Of a stretch of DNA of 32,000 bases, positions 1 through 10,518 are shown one piece after another. A program made the translations under genes and the position numbers. Position 1 is the first letter of the stretch, and the number at the start of each line of letters is the position of its first letter. The notes beneath the pieces are model-generated. The model made no database searches. It was not told the DNA's origin and saw only the letters and a program-made list of their open reading frames with translations. Source of the DNA: Pasteurella multocida (GTDB taxonomy: Bacteria; Pseudomonadota; Gammaproteobacteria; Enterobacterales; Pasteurellaceae); NCBI RefSeq assembly GCF_900187275.1, contig NZ_LT906458.1, positions 1,590,001 through 1,622,000 of the forward strand. The letters run 5' to 3'.

Positions 1-361
1 TGGCATCCAGTGCCAATAATCCTTCGCTACTTTCCTGTCGATAAGGATACAATACCGCACGTTCGATTTGACTGGCAAAAAATTCAGCACTGCGTTGTCC
101 TACCGCAAAATAGGCTAAATCTGTTCGCCAAGAAAACCCTGTATTCTTTAACGTATCGACTGCATACTGAACAGCATGTTTTGAAACTGCAAAAACATAA
201 TCACCCGCTTTAAGTTGCGACAGTTTATTCGGCAAGTCATTCAATTCTCGTCCTGTTTCGATCGTAAAGAGCGGTAAATGGATTGCAAAAATCCCCGCTT
301 GAATCAACATCTCTGTTAACTGTGCGCCTCGCACATCAGGTCGAGTGACTAATACCGCCAT
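1..361 (-). CDS. hemD: Uroporphyrinogen-III synthase, partial (N-terminal part, runs off window start)
   Basis: Reverse-strand reading from CAT at 359-361 gives MAVLVTRPDVRGAQLTEMLIQAGIFAIHLPLFTIETGRELNDLPNKLSQLKAGDYVFAVSKHAVQYAV..., typical of HemD; it directly follows hemC. Confidence 0.88.
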   Translation of the reverse strand, partial: MAVLVTRPDVRGAQLTEMLIQAGIFAIHLPLFTIETGRELNDLPNKLSQLKAGDYVFAVSKHAVQYAVDTLKNTGFSWRTDLAYFAVGQRSAEFFASQIERAVLYPYRQESSEGLLALDA

Positions 362-377
362 TTTATTCTTCCCTTCC

Positions 378-1316
378 TTAGTTTGAATAAAGTGTTTGCA
401 AGATTTTATCCGCACCTTGCTGTAAAAGTTTTTCTGCCACTTGAATACCTAATGTTTCGGCATCCGCAACCGCACTCCGTCCTTCTGCACGAAGTATACT
501 GGAACCGTCTACTTCGCCCACTAAAGCACGCAAAAAGAGCTGTCCCTCTTCGATAATCGCATAACCTGCAATTGGCACCTGACATCCCCCTTGTAAATGC
601 CGATTCATCGCACGTTCAGCCAATACACAAGCAGTCGTTTCTGGATCGGCTAAAGGGGCTAACAGCAGCTCAATTTCTGCCTCTTGACGACATTCAATGC
701 CAACGGCACCTTGCCCTGCGGCAGGCAAACATTGTGTGACATCAATCAAAGAGGTGATACGTTGTTGTTGCCCTAAACGTATAAGCCCCGCGGCAGCCAG
801 AATAATCGCATCATAATCGCCGTTATCTAATTTTGCTAAGCGAGTCCCAACATTGCCACGTAGTGAATGAATGTGTAGATCAGGACGTAACTGCTTTAAC
901 TGACATTGGCGACGTAAGCTAGAGGTGCCCACCACCGCACCAGCAGGTAATTCCATGAGAGTGCGGTATGAATTTGATACAAATGCATCACGCGGATCTT
1001 CACGTTGACAAATGGTGCTAAGCATTAATCCTGCTGGAAACTGCATAGGGACATCTTTCATCGAATGTACGGCAATATCGGCTTCGCCCTTTAATAAAGC
1101 TTGTTCTAACTCTTTCACAAAGAGTCCTTTTCCTCCAATTTTAGCCAGTGGCGTATCTAAAATCACATCCCCTTTTGTCACCATTGGGACAAGTTCGACC
1201 ACTAATCCAGCATGGATTTTTTCTAAACAGGCTTTCACATAGTTCGCTTGCCACAATGCAAGCGGGCTCTGACGCGTAGCGATTCTCAAGCTTTTTCTTG
1301 TCATCATCACAACCAT
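378..1316 (-). CDS. hemC: Porphobilinogen deaminase (hydroxymethylbilane synthase)
   Basis: 312-aa ORF with [43 protein letters not shown] and the cofactor Cys region LQGGCQVPI. The true start may be the internal MTRKSLRI. Confidence 0.97.
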   Translation of the reverse strand: MVVMMTRKSLRIATRQSPLALWQANYVKACLEKIHAGLVVELVPMVTKGDVILDTPLAKIGGKGLFVKELEQALLKGEADIAVHSMKDVPMQFPAGLMLSTICQREDPRDAFVSNSYRTLMELPAGAVVGTSSLRRQCQLKQLRPDLHIHSLRGNVGTRLAKLDNGDYDAIILAAAGLIRLGQQQRITSLIDVTQCLPAAGQGAVGIECRQEAEIELLLAPLADPETTACVLAERAMNRHLQGGCQVPIAGYAIIEEGQLFLRALVGEVDGSSILRAEGRSAVADAETLGIQVAEKLLQQGADKILQTLYSN

Positions 1317-1446
1317 TTTAGGCAGAATAATTTGCTCCTATCCTAACATTGTTGGGTTTAAATGTCAGTTTCCATTTAAATTTTTTGCTTTCAGTTATAC
1401 CAAGTGTTAGAGTACTTAGGTGGAGCGAATCTCATCATATCTGTGA

Positions 1447-3975
1447 GTGGAATATCATTTGAATTACGATCTCTTTAGTGCCCAAAAGAAAGTGGAGTAT
1501 TTAGATAAGCTACGTATTGAGCGCGCATTATCTGGTTCTTCTGGCGAATTTCAGCACGTTTTTCAGTTACTTACGTTGTTGTTACATATTAACCACCCTA
1601 ATCTGCCCGGCTACGTTGCTGACGCGCCTGTAGGGATTGCTGACTTTGTGATTTCCCCCTACCAAAAACAATATCTGCTCACAACCGTGCCGAGCTTAGA
1701 GGCTAATCAGTCGCTGCTCCCGTCCTTCTCTTACCGTAGTACCAATGCCATTTTAGGTGTCTATGTGATGGGCAGTATTGCCTCTATTTCACAAACACCA
1801 AAATCGGATCTAGATACTTGGGTCTGCCATCGTGATGATTTAAGTACAAAAGAAAAAGAAGCCTTACAACGTAAAACACATTTATTAAAAAATTGGGCGA
1901 AACAATTCAACATTGAAATCAATTTTTATTTAATGGATCAAAAGCGGTTCCGTTGTTTCCGTTATGCGGAACCGTTAACAGCAGAAAACTGCGGTTCAGC
2001 TCAATATATGTTACTGTTGGACGAATTCTATCGCTCTGCAATTCGCTTAGCAGGCAAACCATTACTCTGGCTACATTTATTGATCGAACAAGAAGAAAAT
2101 TATGAAAGTGAAGTCGAGCGGTTAGTCCGTACCCAACAAATTTGTCTTGATGATTGGGTTGATTTTGGTGGTTTGGGGCAACTTTCCGCCAACGAGTATT
2201 TTGGTGCAAGTTTATGGCAACTGTACAAGGGGATCGATGCGCCTTATAAATCGGTCATCAAAATCTTATTGTTAGAAACGTATTCATCGGAATACCCCAA
2301 TACCTATTTAATTGCGCGCCAATTTAAAGAAGAATTATTAACAGGTAAGCTCAACCCAAGCCATCATTTTGATCCCTATTTAGCCATGTTGCAACGAGCG
2401 ACACGCTACCTCACGAAACACAATGAATTAAAACGTTTAGGTTTTGTTCGCCGCAGTGTTTACTTAAAAGCAACCGAAGGTATGTGTTGGCAAGATCCTA
2501 ATGCGACAAATAATTGGCGCTTACAGCATTTGCAAAAGCTCATCCAAGAGTGGGACTGGTCGGACGCCTTAATTGAAGAATTAAATCAACGCGCTAACTG
2601 GAAAATCAAACAAGTCAAAAAAGCACATAACAGCTTAATTAAATTCTTAATGCTCAGTTATCGTAATTTAGTGGCCTTTGCTCGTAAACACAAAGTGAAC
2701 TCGAGTATCATGCCACAAGACATCAGTGTGCTTACACGCAAACTGTATACAGCATTTGAAGAATTACCCGGTAAAATTACCCTACTTAACCCACAAATTT
2801 CACTCAATTTATCTGAGAAGAATTTGCTGTTTTTTGAAGTCAAAGGCAGTAAAACGTTCAAAGACGGGTGGTATGTGGTGAATCAAACACCAAGTGTTGC
2901 CGGCTTTGTACAAAAACGCTATACCGAATACAGTGAGAGTTTAAACAAACTGGTCGCTTGGGCGTATTTTAATCGTATTCTCACCGCCAATACCGACTTA
3001 CACATTATTAGTCCCAATGTTTCCTTAACAACCTTGCGGCATTTTGTCACCGATTTACGTCTCTCATTTCCGGTCACAGTTTCCTCTGTCACGAATGAGG
3101 ATTTAACTCATGCTTGTGAAATTCGGAGCTTAATTGTGGCAGTTAACTTAACCGTTGACCCAACCAAAAAAATCACACAAGTCAAATCTCGCATTCAAGC
3201 CAGTGATTTATTTAGTTTTGGACCGAAAGAAGAAAGTTTAGTCGGTAGTATCGATATTACTTACCGTAATCTTTGGAATGAAATTAGAACCTTACATTTT
3301 GAAGGACCAAATGCGATCCTCTTAGCCTTGAAGGTGCTGTCAAATAAAATTCATCGTGGCGCCCCTTCACCAAAATTGATTCAAGTGTTTTCTTATAGTC
3401 ATCGTTACCGCCGTACGTTGAGTAATATTGTCACCGCTTTGATCAACCGCTGTATTAGTATCCAAATTGGCGATGCACTTCCACCACAAAATAATCTATT
3501 GCGTGTGGCAGGTAAAAACTGGCAGTTTTTCTTTGAAGAGCGTGGCATCAGCTTACAAGAAATTCACTCAAATGAAGAATTAGAAGCCACTGGCTTTGAT
3601 ACCGCGCTACAAACCGAAGTGGAAGAAAAAGAAAGCGCCTTACCCGATACCTCACGAACCTACCCCCCAGAGATTGATCACTTTGCCAGTGAGGGCTTTT
3701 TACAATTTTTCTTTGAAGATAATTCTGATGGTTCCTTTAATGTCTATATTTTAGATGAAGCCAATCGCATCGAAATTTACCGTAACTGCGATGGACAAAA
3801 AGAAAAGAAGATTTTGGAGATTAACCACATTTATCAATCTTCAGGCTTGGATGAAAATAACAATCCGTATAAAATTGTGCAGCGTGATTTTAACTATCCG
3901 CAATTCTATCAATTATTATTACAAGAGAATGGCGTAAAAATCGTACCATTCCACAGTCGATTAGCGATGTCATAA
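1447..3975 (+). CDS. cyaA: Class I adenylate cyclase
   Basis: 842-aa ORF (GTG start) with GVYVMGSIASISQTPKSDLDTWVCH and LLLDEFYRSAIRLAGKPLLW, matching enterobacterial/Pasteurellaceae CyaA; located divergent from hemC. Confidence 0.96.
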   Translation: MEYHLNYDLFSAQKKVEYLDKLRIERALSGSSGEFQHVFQLLTLLLHINHPNLPGYVADAPVGIADFVISPYQKQYLLTTVPSLEANQSLLPSFSYRSTNAILGVYVMGSIASISQTPKSDLDTWVCHRDDLSTKEKEALQRKTHLLKNWAKQFNIEINFYLMDQKRFRCFRYAEPLTAENCGSAQYMLLLDEFYRSAIRLAGKPLLWLHLLIEQEENYESEVERLVRTQQICLDDWVDFGGLGQLSANEYFGASLWQLYKGIDAPYKSVIKILLLETYSSEYPNTYLIARQFKEELLTGKLNPSHHFDPYLAMLQRATRYLTKHNELKRLGFVRRSVYLKATEGMCWQDPNATNNWRLQHLQKLIQEWDWSDALIEELNQRANWKIKQVKKAHNSLIKFLMLSYRNLVAFARKHKVNSSIMPQDISVLTRKLYTAFEELPGKITLLNPQISLNLSEKNLLFFEVKGSKTFKDGWYVVNQTPSVAGFVQKRYTEYSESLNKLVAWAYFNRILTANTDLHIISPNVSLTTLRHFVTDLRLSFPVTVSSVTNEDLTHACEIRSLIVAVNLTVDPTKKITQVKSRIQASDLFSFGPKEESLVGSIDITYRNLWNEIRTLHFEGPNAILLALKVLSNKIHRGAPSPKLIQVFSYSHRYRRTLSNIVTALINRCISIQIGDALPPQNNLLRVAGKNWQFFFEERGISLQEIHSNEELEATGFDTALQTEVEEKESALPDTSRTYPPEIDHFASEGFLQFFFEDNSDGSFNVYILDEANRIEIYRNCDGQKEKKILEINHIYQSSGLDENNNPYKIVQRDFNYPQFYQLLLQENGVKIVPFHSRLAMS

Positions 3976-3990
3976 CATATTGGGGGTTAT

Positions 3991-4620
3991 ATGTCAGAAA
4001 AAATGAAAGTGTTGATTATCGACGATCATCCATTGATGCGTCGAGGAATCAAACAACTTATGGAATTAGCGCCAAATTTTGAAGTGGTTGCGGATGCGGG
4101 TAACGGCAGTGAAGGTATTAGCCTCGCATTACAAACGCAACCTGATTTGATTATTCTTGATTTGAATATGAAAGGGTTATCAGGACTGGATACATTAAAA
4201 GCACTGCGCGCGGAAGGCATTGATGCACGCATTTTGATTTTGACAGTGTCTGATTTAAAAAGTGATATTTTTACCTTAATTGATGCTGGGGCAGCCGGTT
4301 ACTTATTAAAAGATACGGAACCCGACGCGCTCTTAAGCCAAATTCAACGTATCGCACAAGGGGAAGTTATCCTAAGCGATTCAATTAAAGATGCATTAAT
4401 TGAACGCCAGATGAATGCAGATCCTATTTATTCTCTCACCGATCGCGAAATGGATGTCTTACGTTTAATTGCGACAGGACTCTCCAATAAACAGATCGCT
4501 GGTCAGTTATTTATTTCAGAGGAAACCGTTAAAGTGCATATTCGTAATTTGCTCCGTAAGCTGAATGTGCATTCGCGCGTTGCGGCAACGGTGCTTTATT
4601 TTGAGCATAAAGGACGCTAG
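3991..4620 (+). CDS. narP: Nitrate/nitrite response regulator, LuxR/FixJ family
   Basis: 209 aa; receiver domain (VLIIDDHPLMRRGIKQLMEL, DLIILDLNMKGLSGLDTL) plus LuxR-type HTH (LTDREMDVLRLIATGLSNKQIAGQLFISEETVKVHIRNLLRKLNV). Confidence 0.92.
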   Translation: MSEKMKVLIIDDHPLMRRGIKQLMELAPNFEVVADAGNGSEGISLALQTQPDLIILDLNMKGLSGLDTLKALRAEGIDARILILTVSDLKSDIFTLIDAGAAGYLLKDTEPDALLSQIQRIAQGEVILSDSIKDALIERQMNADPIYSLTDREMDVLRLIATGLSNKQIAGQLFISEETVKVHIRNLLRKLNVHSRVAATVLYFEHKGR

Positions 4621-4633
4621 TCTTTCCCCCGTT

Positions 4634-4668
4634 AAAAAGCCAATTATCTTTATAATTGGCTTTTTTTT
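4634..4668 (+). terminator. Rho-independent terminator after narP
   Basis: AAAAAGCCAATTAT (4634-4647), loop CTTT, ATAATTGGCTTTTT (4652-4665) followed by a T-run. Confidence 0.9.
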
Positions 4669-4769
4669 GGCAAAAATTTACTAAAATTTTCAAAAAAACT
4701 ACCGCACTTTGCGTTGCCAAAGCCTTTGCTTAAAAGGTACACTAAACTAATCTTTGATTTGAGGCGGCT

Positions 4770-6530
4770 ATGAAATTATTAAGTAATACAAAGGCATCAT
4801 TGATCACAAAAACGGTATTTTTTATCGGCAGTGTACTTTTGAGTACAGTCAGTTTGGCACAACAATTAGAACTACAAGTAAAAGGTATCCAGAATACTCA
4901 GCTTAATAATAATGTGCGTATTTACGTCGGTATGATTGATAAAGAAGAAGCCGACGGTTCCGAGCGTCATAAGCAATTGGTACGCGAAGCAATCGATAAA
5001 GCATTGCGGGCATACGGCTATTATCAAAACGAAGTGGAATTTCAAATCGAAAGCCAAAAACCCCCTAAAAAAGATCAATTAATCGCCCATGTGAAGATCG
5101 GCGAACCTGTGAAAATCGCAGACGTCGATTTTGTTCTGCAAGGTGAAGCCACACAAGATCCTGAATTTATCGCCGTGACCAAGAATATCCCAGAAAAAGG
5201 GAGCATACTCAATCACGAGACCTATGATAATTATAAAAGTCACATCCAAAAAATTGCATTGAGTCGAGGTTATTTCGACGGTGATTTTTTAGTATCACGC
5301 TTAGAAGTCAGCCCCTCAACGCAACAAGCTTGGTGGCGCTTAAATTATGATAGTGGTGAACGTTACCGCTTCGGTGAAGTTACCTTTGAAAATGCGCAAA
5401 TACGCGAAGATTATTTGCGTAACATGATTAATTTTAATAAAGGTCAGCCCTACCTGATTAATGATCTTTCTACCTTAACCAACAATTACACGTCGTCAAA
5501 TTGGTTTAGCTCTGTTTTAATGCAACCTGTTTTAGATGAAGAACACAAAATTGTGAATGTCGATGTATTGCTCCAACCACGTAAAAAAAATAGCATGGAA
5601 GTGGGGATTGGCTGGGCATCTGATGTGGGACCTCGCTTGCAATTAGGTTGGACAAAGCCTTGGATTAACAATCGTGGTCACAGTTTCCGTACCAATTTAT
5701 ATGTTTCTGCGCCAAAACAGACCTTAGAAGCCACCTACAAAATGCCTTTATTGAAAAACCCGCTCAACTATTATTACGAGTACTCGGCGGGTTTAGAAAA
5801 TGAAAATAAAAATGACACAGAATCCTTTGCCTCTTCCTTATCTGCAATTCGCTATTGGAATCATGAAGCAGGTTGGCAACATTCTTTAGGCTTACGTGTC
5901 CGTTATGACTCTTTTATTCAAGCGAATGTAAAAGACAAAACATTGCTTGTGTTCCCAACTGCCTCTGTCAGACGAACCCGTTTACAAGGCGGGCTATTCC
6001 CGACTTGGGGGGATACACAAAAACTCACCGTCGATTTAGGTCGTACATGGTGGCTGTCTGATGTGAATTTCCTCAAAATGCAAGGGTCGAGTTTATGGGT
6101 CAGAACTTATTTACAGCACCATCGTATCGTTACCCGACTAGAACTCGGCTGGTTACATACCAAAAATATCGAACGCATTCCACCCGCCTTGCGTTTTTTT
6201 GCGGGGGGCGATCGCAGTATTCGTGGTTATGGCTATAAAAAAATTGCGCCAAAAAACAATGCAGGCAAATTAGTTGGTGGCTCTCGCTTATTAACCGGGT
6301 CATTTGAATATCAGTATCAAGTGTATCCTGACTGGTGGTTAGCCACTTTCGCGGATACGGGACTGGCTGCTAACCAGTTTACAACAAAAGAATTACGCTA
6401 TGGCGCAGGAATGGGGGTACGTTGGGCCTCACCCGTAGGGGCGATTAAGTTTGATATTGCCACCCCAGTCAGAGATAAAGACAACAGTAAAAATATCCAA
6501 TTTTATATTGGACTAGGCGCGGAACTTTAA
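4770..6530 (+). CDS. tamA: Translocation and assembly module outer membrane protein TamA (Omp85 family)
   Basis: 586 aa; signal peptide, POTRA-like N-terminus, C-terminal beta-barrel with [20 protein letters not shown] and ending [28 protein letters not shown]; followed by tamB. Confidence 0.95.
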   Translation: MKLLSNTKASLITKTVFFIGSVLLSTVSLAQQLELQVKGIQNTQLNNNVRIYVGMIDKEEADGSERHKQLVREAIDKALRAYGYYQNEVEFQIESQKPPKKDQLIAHVKIGEPVKIADVDFVLQGEATQDPEFIAVTKNIPEKGSILNHETYDNYKSHIQKIALSRGYFDGDFLVSRLEVSPSTQQAWWRLNYDSGERYRFGEVTFENAQIREDYLRNMINFNKGQPYLINDLSTLTNNYTSSNWFSSVLMQPVLDEEHKIVNVDVLLQPRKKNSMEVGIGWASDVGPRLQLGWTKPWINNRGHSFRTNLYVSAPKQTLEATYKMPLLKNPLNYYYEYSAGLENENKNDTESFASSLSAIRYWNHEAGWQHSLGLRVRYDSFIQANVKDKTLLVFPTASVRRTRLQGGLFPTWGDTQKLTVDLGRTWWLSDVNFLKMQGSSLWVRTYLQHHRIVTRLELGWLHTKNIERIPPALRFFAGGDRSIRGYGYKKIAPKNNAGKLVGGSRLLTGSFEYQYQVYPDWWLATFADTGLAANQFTTKELRYGAGMGVRWASPVGAIKFDIATPVRDKDNSKNIQFYIGLGAEL

Positions 6531-6607
6531 TCACCACAGCATCACCGCAAAAAAGAGAAGACGTAGCTAAAAGAAAATATGTAGCTAAAAAAGACGGATC
6601 ACGCAAC

Positions 6608-9600
6608 ATGACAGAACATATCGCAGCACAACCAGCTTCACCTGAACAACAAAACCAAACCCCACCGGTTAAGCGCCCAAAATCGTTTTGGCGCAAACTG
6701 CTATGTGGTCTAAGTGCGGTCATTTTCTTATCAATTTTAGCGCTCTTCATCACACTCAGCACCAGCGCGGGTCAACGCTGGCTGATTGAATTCGTAGATA
6801 AAGCCTTACCTCAGCTCTCGATTGCACAAGTAAATGGTGGCTTACAAGAAGGTCTTGTCCTGAATCAAGTGCGTTTTGATGCAGAAGGGGTACAAACACA
6901 ATTAGAACAAGTTCATTTACAACTGGATTTAAGCTGTCTATGGCGCTTACATATTTGTGTTAAAGAGATCGCTTTACACCAACCGCATATTCAAGTGAAT
7001 ACCGCGCTGCTGCCTCCAAAAGCAAAAGAGAAACCAACCAGTGCACCAATGCAACGTATCCATTTGCCTATTTCTGTTGATGTCGACAACATGGTAGTAG
7101 AGCAATTACGTCTTGTGATTGATGATAATGCCGTGGACTTAGCCTACTTCCAAACAGCAGCCAGTTTAAATAATGAGTCAGGCTTAACCATTGCACCAAC
7201 GACAATTCAAGCATTATTAGTCAAAGTTGTCTCACCAACGGCAGCTGTGAAAGAACCGTCTCAGACAGAAAAAGCCCCGATTGGTTGGGTTCAAATAGAA
7301 AAACAGTTGAGTGCGCCTTTATTAGCAAAATTGGAAAATATCGTTTTGCCTTTTGATATGCATATTCAACACATTCAAGGACAGCACTGGCAATATCAAC
7401 AAGTCAACGACCAACACACGCAAGTGATTGATATCCCCGTGTTTCAGTTACAAGCAAACGCCACTGGCGCGCAGATTGAACTCAGCCAGTTCAATGTAGA
7501 AAGTAACTTGGCAAATTTACACGGTAGCGGACACTTGCAACTTGACGCAGATTTCCCCCTGCATGTTGCACTACATGCTGAAATGCACACTTTAAACGAA
7601 GGCGAAGCAATTTTATTGCCCGCCAGTCAAGTAGATGTCACCTTGTCTGGAAATTTGAAAAAACAGACCGCACTTACGTTACAAAGCCGTGGGGCGTTAA
7701 ATGCAAATTTGAACGGACAATTTGCGCTGTCTCAAGAAAAGACCCCCTTCCAGATCAAGTTAAGTAGCCAAGACTTCCGTTATCCGTTTCAGCCAGTACA
7801 ACCAGCTCTTGTTCATATTCCTCAATTGAATTTACAAGTGAGCGGTAATTTACTGGACTATCAATTACAGCTAAACACCGAAGCAGAAGGCGCGAATATT
7901 CCCAAAACGGCGCTCCAATTTGACGCAAAAGGGGAATTATTATCACTTGATATTACTCAACTCCATCTTGATACCCTAAAAGGCAGCGCTGATCTACAAG
8001 GGAAAATTGGTTGGCAAAATGGGGTGCAATGGTATAGCAATTTACAGCTTGATAAATTAAATTTGAGTGACTATTTGGCAGGTTTGCCTACCATACTATC
8101 AGGGCAATTGTTCTCGACAGGATTAATTAATCAACAGCAATGGCTGTTTGATATCCCACATTTAAACTTAGAAGGTACGCTATCACAACGCCCATTAGCG
8201 CTCAAAGGCAGTTTGAGTGTGGGGTCAGAAACATGGCTTCATCAATTATTGTTAAAAGTGCCTGATTTAGTGTTAACTTACGGAGAAAATAAGATTGTTG
8301 CCACCGGTTTTCTTGGTGAAAAATCAGATCTCAAACTCGATATTAACGCCCCTGACCTACGTGGTTTAATGCCAAACTTAAGCGCGAATTTACAAGGTCA
8401 TCTCCAGCTAAATGGACAACTTGTGCAGCCTACTGTCGCCCTAGACTTAGTTGGTAATCAAATCAAACTTAATGACTTGAATATCAATAAAGTTACCTTG
8501 AAAGGTCATGTGGATATGGCGAAACAAACCGCCGGTGAACTGGCATTACAGGTAAATAAATTCCAATCTGGCGATGTAAAACTGGATACGTTAGATTTAA
8601 CCTTACATGGTAATGAAGCGCAGCATAATCTGACCTTAGTTTCTCAAGGTGAGCCTGTTGCACCTAAACTCAGTTTGGAAGGGCAATTTGATCGTGCGAC
8701 ACAACGTTGGCAAGGTGCATTAAAACAAGTGTCGATTGCCTCAGTTATTGGACATTGGCATACCGATAAAAACGTTGTTTTAGCCTATGATAATCCGACG
8801 ATGCAAACTGAGATTTCTGCACATTGTTGGCAAAATAACGATGTGGAGCTTTGCTTTCCACAGGCATTTCGTGTCGGCAAAAGTGGCGAAGTACCATTTA
8901 AAATAACGAAATTTGATTTAGCGTTAGTCAATGATCTCCTCGAACAAGATCTGCTACAAGGGCAATTACAAAGTGAAGGAAAAGTTGCTTGGTTTAGTGA
9001 CAAACCGCTCCAGCTGAATGTCCAAGTCAAAGGGGATAATTTAAGCTTCACACAAAAAATAGACTACCGTACTTTTGGCTTAGATATCCCTAAACTCACA
9101 TTAAACGCGGATCTACAGAATAACCATTTCGTACTCAACAGTAATCTCCTACTGCAAGACCAAGGCAATATCAGTGCGAATCTCGAGGTCAAAGATTTAG
9201 CACAAGCACGCCAATTGGGCGGAAGCTTGATAATTCATAAACTGAATTTAGATATTTTTAATCAGTTGCTATCCAATAACGAGGTCATCACGGGGGATAT
9301 TGTCGCTAACTTGAAATTTGCGGGTACCCTCAATGCCCCCAACTTAAACGGTCAGTTCAAGCTTTCTCGCTTAAATGCCAAAATGAAATCATTACCTTTT
9401 GACATTGAAGGCGGGGAGCTGGCGTTAAACTTTGTAGGTAACCGTTCAACATTAAATGGTCATATAAAAACACCAGACAGCCGCTTAAATTTAGAGGGTG
9501 ATGCCAGTTGGCAGAACTTAGATAATTGGACATCTCGCTTACATGCCAAAGCTGACCAATTTAAAGTTGATATTCCCGCGATGGCGAAACTTAAAATCAG

Positions 9601-10510
9601 TCCGAATGTGGAAATCACCGCCAGTCCAAAACGCTTGCAGTTAACGGGCAATATTGATATCCCATGGGCAAGAATTGAAATTGAAAGCTTACCGGAAAGT
9701 GCGGTCTCTGTCAGTCCTGATGAAGTCATCCTAGACAATCAGACATCACAAAAAATCACCGCCAAACTGCCAAGCAAAACCAAATCCGGAATGGAGATTC
9801 TGTCCGACTTAAAAATTAATATTGGACAAGATGTCTATCTGAACGCGTATGGATTGAAAACCAACCTCAATGGGTTACTCAGTGTACGTCAAGAAAAAGG
9901 CAATCTGGGTCTCTTTGGGCAAATTCATTTAACCAATGGTCGCTATGCTTCCTTTGGGCAAGATCTGTTGATCCGCAAAGGCATGATCAGCTTTTCTGGT
10001 CAACCTTCACAACCCATGCTAAACATTGAAGCAATTCGTAATCCTGAATCCATGGATACCGCTGGTGTCGTCGCTGGAATTAAAGTCCTTGGGCTCGCCG
10101 AAAGTCCTGAGATCAAGGTCTTCTCCGAACCCGGTATGTCACAAGATCAAGCCTTATCTTATGTGCTGACAGGGCGTTCATTAGAAAACAGTGGCGAAGC
10201 TGGCTCTGGTGGGTCTATTGGCGCCGCTTTACTCGGACTCGGGCTCGCGAAAAGTGGTAAAGCCGTTGGCGGAATTGGACAAGCCTTTGGTATTCAAGAT
10301 CTAAACTTAGGCACCCAAGGCGTCGGCGATAGCTCGAAAGTGGTGGTCAGTGGCAATATCACACCACGTTTACAAGTCAAATATGGTGTGGGTCTGTTTG
10401 ATGGACTGGCGGAGTTTACGGTACGTTATCGCTTAATCCCTAAATTATATTTACAATCTGTTTCCGGTGTCACCCAAGCGGTGGATTTGCTATATCAATT
10501 TGAATTTTAA
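6608..10510 (+). CDS. tamB: Translocation and assembly module inner membrane protein TamB (DUF490)
   Basis: 1300-aa AsmA-like repetitive beta protein with N-terminal TM segment and C-terminal region LRGLLSVRQEKG...LRLYYQFEF-like TamB domain (GRSLENSGEAGSGGSIGAALLGLGLAKSG...VKYGVGLFDGLAEFTVRYRL); adjacent to tamA. Confidence 0.94.
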   Translation: MTEHIAAQPASPEQQNQTPPVKRPKSFWRKLLCGLSAVIFLSILALFITLSTSAGQRWLIEFVDKALPQLSIAQVNGGLQEGLVLNQVRFDAEGVQTQLEQVHLQLDLSCLWRLHICVKEIALHQPHIQVNTALLPPKAKEKPTSAPMQRIHLPISVDVDNMVVEQLRLVIDDNAVDLAYFQTAASLNNESGLTIAPTTIQALLVKVVSPTAAVKEPSQTEKAPIGWVQIEKQLSAPLLAKLENIVLPFDMHIQHIQGQHWQYQQVNDQHTQVIDIPVFQLQANATGAQIELSQFNVESNLANLHGSGHLQLDADFPLHVALHAEMHTLNEGEAILLPASQVDVTLSGNLKKQTALTLQSRGALNANLNGQFALSQEKTPFQIKLSSQDFRYPFQPVQPALVHIPQLNLQVSGNLLDYQLQLNTEAEGANIPKTALQFDAKGELLSLDITQLHLDTLKGSADLQGKIGWQNGVQWYSNLQLDKLNLSDYLAGLPTILSGQLFSTGLINQQQWLFDIPHLNLEGTLSQRPLALKGSLSVGSETWLHQLLLKVPDLVLTYGENKIVATGFLGEKSDLKLDINAPDLRGLMPNLSANLQGHLQLNGQLVQPTVALDLVGNQIKLNDLNINKVTLKGHVDMAKQTAGELALQVNKFQSGDVKLDTLDLTLHGNEAQHNLTLVSQGEPVAPKLSLEGQFDRATQRWQGALKQVSIASVIGHWHTDKNVVLAYDNPTMQTEISAHCWQNNDVELCFPQAFRVGKSGEVPFKITKFDLALVNDLLEQDLLQGQLQSEGKVAWFSDKPLQLNVQVKGDNLSFTQKIDYRTFGLDIPKLTLNADLQNNHFVLNSNLLLQDQGNISANLEVKDLAQARQLGGSLIIHKLNLDIFNQLLSNNEVITGDIVANLKFAGTLNAPNLNGQFKLSRLNAKMKSLPFDIEGGELALNFVGNRSTLNGHIKTPDSRLNLEGDASWQNLDNWTSRLHAKADQFKVDIPAMAKLKISPNVEITASPKRLQLTGNIDIPWARIEIESLPESAVSVSPDEVILDNQTSQKITAKLPSKTKSGMEILSDLKINIGQDVYLNAYGLKTNLNGLLSVRQEKGNLGLFGQIHLTNGRYASFGQDLLIRKGMISFSGQPSQPMLNIEAIRNPESMDTAGVVAGIKVLGLAESPEIKVFSEPGMSQDQALSYVLTGRSLENSGEAGSGGSIGAALLGLGLAKSGKAVGGIGQAFGIQDLNLGTQGVGDSSKVVVSGNITPRLQVKYGVGLFDGLAEFTVRYRLIPKLYLQSVSGVTQAVDLLYQFEF

Positions 10511-10518
10511 GGAAGAAT

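Noticed and set aside
10-213. 67-aa plus-strand ORF at the window start
   Set aside because: It is antisense to the clearly coding hemD and has no recognisable motif.
1437-1460. CRP-like sequence at the cyaA start
   Set aside because: CTGTGAGTGGAATATC has only one half-site; not enough to claim cAMP-CRP autoregulation.
6551-6590. Short direct repeat GTAGCTAAAA...GTAGCTAAAA between tamA and tamB
   Set aside because: Only two copies of about 10 nt in AT-rich sequence, which could easily arise by chance.
6469-6762. 97-aa minus-strand ORF spanning the tamA-tamB junction
   Set aside because: It overlaps two confident coding regions in antisense; its sequence looks like spurious frame translation.
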